This document shows, piece by piece, positions 15,558 through 16,860 of a DNA stretch of 16,860 bases. The first letter of the stretch is position 1. Every line of letters starts with the position of its first letter. The notes beneath the pieces were generated by a model that had not been told where the DNA came from, did not search any database, and saw only the letters and a list, made by a program, of their open reading frames with translations. The translations under genes were made by a program, and so were the position numbers. Source of the stretch: Candidatus Methylomirabilia bacterium (GTDB taxonomy: Bacteria > Methylomirabilota > Methylomirabilia > Rokubacteriales > CSP1-6); contig JBHIBG010000058.1 in NCBI GenBank assembly GCA_046758965.1, positions 1 to 16,860 of the forward strand. Reading direction: 5' to 3'.

Positions 15558-16811
15558 CTACAGGCTGCCTGCACCGCCGGAGGTGGAGCCCTCCTGCGCC
15601 CGCGCGAGCTTGATCAGCTCGCCTGTCTCCATGAAGGTATGCAGGGACTTCAGGGGCAGCCTGAAGAGGTGCCGCCCGGTGAAGAAGACCATGAAGAAGT
15701 TCATGGTCGCGGCGACCAGCTGGAGCGGCGGGAGGACGTAGGCCTCCAGCAGTTCCTTGCCGGTCGTGTGGAACCAGCCGATCTCCGCCTTCACGTGGCT
15801 GATCATCTCCTTGGTCCAGCCGAAGATCTGTTCCGCTCGCTCTTCCTCAGCGGGCCGCATGCTACCGCGGGCCTTGACAATGCCCCGCCCGGAGATGATG
15901 GCCAGGAGGGTCGGAGTTCCGAACCGCCCGAAGAGGAACCAGGTCATGCCGCGGATCCCGATCCAGGCCACCGCCGAGATCGTGAGCACCATCGCGACGC
16001 CCATCCGGAGCTGCCCGCCGCTCTGCTGAGCCAGCGCGGGGGTGATGGCGTCTACCAGCTCGCGGTAGAGGAAGACGACCTCGACGAACATGACGAAGAG
16101 CTCCACCACGATCATCTGGGCCATGTCCTTCCAGTTCCTCTGGTGGATGGCCTCGACCATGACCTGTAGGCAGGCGAAGCTCCCGGCGATCAGGAGGAAG
16201 ACGACGAAGAAGAGCGCGGGTTGGAGCATGAAATGGGCGCGGGCCCCCACGAGGTCGGCGGCGACGTCGGAGACGGTGGGGTACAGGGTGTAGCTGAAGA
16301 TCCCGGCCTCCAGCAGAGACCACACGAGAGTCAGAATGACGGCGATCCAGGGGATGCCGGGCTGGAGCGTGCTCTGGCTGGCGCGCTTGACGATGGTGAA
16401 GGGAAGCATGATGAGCTCGACGAAAGCGAGGTAGAGCCCCCCGGCCAGAATGCGGATGAAACCCCAGATCCACCCGGCGGTGAGGAACAGGGCCCCGGCG
16501 ATTCCAGCCCAGTAGAGGGCGACGGTCCGACCCGTATCCCACCAGGTGGTGAGCATCGCCACGATGAACTGGCGCCGCGCCGAGCGGAACGGGATGGTGT
16601 AGACCGCGAGCGTGCTGGCCCACATGGCGACGAAGAGGTGCCCGGCTGGGAGCAAGAAAAGAATGAGCTTCACGGTCGCGATCATGGGAGAAGAAGACTC
16701 CCACAGGAAGCCGAACATGGCGGCCTGCACGGGCGGGACCCAGGCCACCGGCAGCGTGAAGATGTACAAGAGCAGGTCAAGGGAGAGGGAGAATTCAGGG
16801 TTCGGGGTCAT
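15558..16811 (-). CDS. Polytopic integral membrane protein of unknown function
   Basis: 417 aa with roughly 8-10 hydrophobic segments; GGAGG RBS; 20 nt from the vWA gene, so probably the same operon. Confidence 0.85.
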   Translation of the reverse strand: MTPNPEFSLSLDLLLYIFTLPVAWVPPVQAAMFGFLWESSSPMIATVKLILFLLPAGHLFVAMWASTLAVYTIPFRSARRQFIVAMLTTWWDTGRTVALYWAGIAGALFLTAGWIWGFIRILAGGLYLAFVELIMLPFTIVKRASQSTLQPGIPWIAVILTLVWSLLEAGIFSYTLYPTVSDVAADLVGARAHFMLQPALFFVVFLLIAGSFACLQVMVEAIHQRNWKDMAQMIVVELFVMFVEVVFLYRELVDAITPALAQQSGGQLRMGVAMVLTISAVAWIGIRGMTWFLFGRFGTPTLLAIISGRGIVKARGSMRPAEEERAEQIFGWTKEMISHVKAEIGWFHTTGKELLEAYVLPPLQLVAATMNFFMVFFTGRHLFRLPLKSLHTFMETGELIKLARAQEGSTSGGAGSL

Positions 16812-16860
16812 GTGGGCTCCTCCCCGGGTGGTGGCGCATTCTCCAGCTGGAATCGTTAGC

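Noticed and set aside
16812..16860. 3' end of an upstream gene
   Set aside because: A TAA at 16858-16856 could be its stop, but too little sequence is visible to support a CDS.

Overview
GC-rich bacterial chromosomal window in which every credible gene lies on the minus strand. The host is a diderm, since it has lpxC and lptFG; the style suggests Rokubacteria/Methylomirabilota or a similar lineage, but this is inference only. In transcription order (right to left): a 417-aa polytopic membrane protein, a vWA/MIDAS lipoprotein, a fused LptF-LptG permease, a secreted hypothetical protein, a four-SH3b-domain protein, lpxC, a DUF4390-like periplasmic protein, an NtrY-like kinase and an NtrX-like sigma54 activator. 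A structured MITE/REP-like element follows, then a pyrimidine operon (pyrR-pyrB-pyrC-carA plus a small unknown ORF cut by the window edge). Main non-coding signals: (1) a candidate sigma54 promoter with IHF-like site and symmetric upstream enhancer in front of lpxC, in the same cluster as a GAFTGA-intact NtrX, suggesting two-component control of lipid A synthesis; (2) a fully readable PyrR attenuator; (3) two palindromic repeat elements. The membrane protein and vWA pair may be the tail of a poorly characterised membrane-remodelling operon.
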